A DNA stretch of 5,846 bases from a virus (lineage: Duplodnaviria; Heunggongvirae; Uroviricota; Caudoviricetes). A program made the translations under genes and the position numbers. Under the pieces are notes generated by a model that was not told the origin of the DNA, searched no databases, and was given only the letters and a program-made list of their open reading frames with translations. Where the stretch lies: IMG/VR virus record IMGVR_UViG_2695420744_000016, positions 1 through 5,846 of that record; one strand, written 5' to 3'. Shown one piece after another: positions 5,799 to 5,846 of the stretch. Positions within the stretch are counted from its first letter, which is position 1; every line of letters begins with the position of its first letter.

Positions 5799-5846
5799 AT
5801 GGAAGTCAACAAAAAGCAGCTGGCTGACATTTTCGGTGCGAGTATC
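5799..5846 (+). CDS. nu1: Terminase small subunit Nu1 (N-terminal 16 codons; CDS continues beyond the window)
   Basis: Translation MEVNKKQLADIFGASI is identical to the N-terminus of lambda gpNu1 as recalled, at the expected distance (about 190 bp) downstream of cosN. Confidence 0.9.
   Translation, partial: MEVNKKQLADIFGASI

Noticed and set aside
1-5846. tRNA genes, rRNA, CRISPR repeats, integrase or att sites, Shiga toxin genes
   Set aside because: No T-arm GGTTCGAATCC-like motif with a matching acceptor stem, no regularly spaced direct repeats, and no ORF resembling stxA/stxB or an integrase. If present in this prophage they lie outside the window.

Overview
This window reads as the late/lysis region of a lambdoid prophage (E. 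coli/EHEC type) running into the cos packaging site. All confident genes are on the + strand: a NanS-p-type sialate O-acetylesterase (30-1973), two small ORFs (2122-2304, 2342-2611), a phage-21-type pinholin S with a dual-start motif (2687-2902), a YdfR-like gene of unknown function between holin and endolysin (2907-3251), a SAR endolysin R (3302-3835), an intrinsic terminator and a small membrane-peptide ORF coupled to Rz, and lambda-type Rz/Rz1 spanins (4134-4601; 4354-4539). Downstream lies about 1 kb of AT-rich accessory DNA where lambda carries bor, holding a reverse-strand Arc-like ribbon-helix-helix gene (5225-5410). The window ends with a lambda-type cos (cosN 5610-5621, cosB) and the first 16 codons of terminase small subunit Nu1 (5799-5846). 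No rRNA, tRNA or CRISPR array was recognised. I found no complete novel multi-gene system; the best leads are the orphan RHH gene next to cos, the YdfR-like gene inside the lysis cassette, and the small ORFs flanking the lysis genes. All homology statements are from memory and by-eye motif reading; no searches were run.
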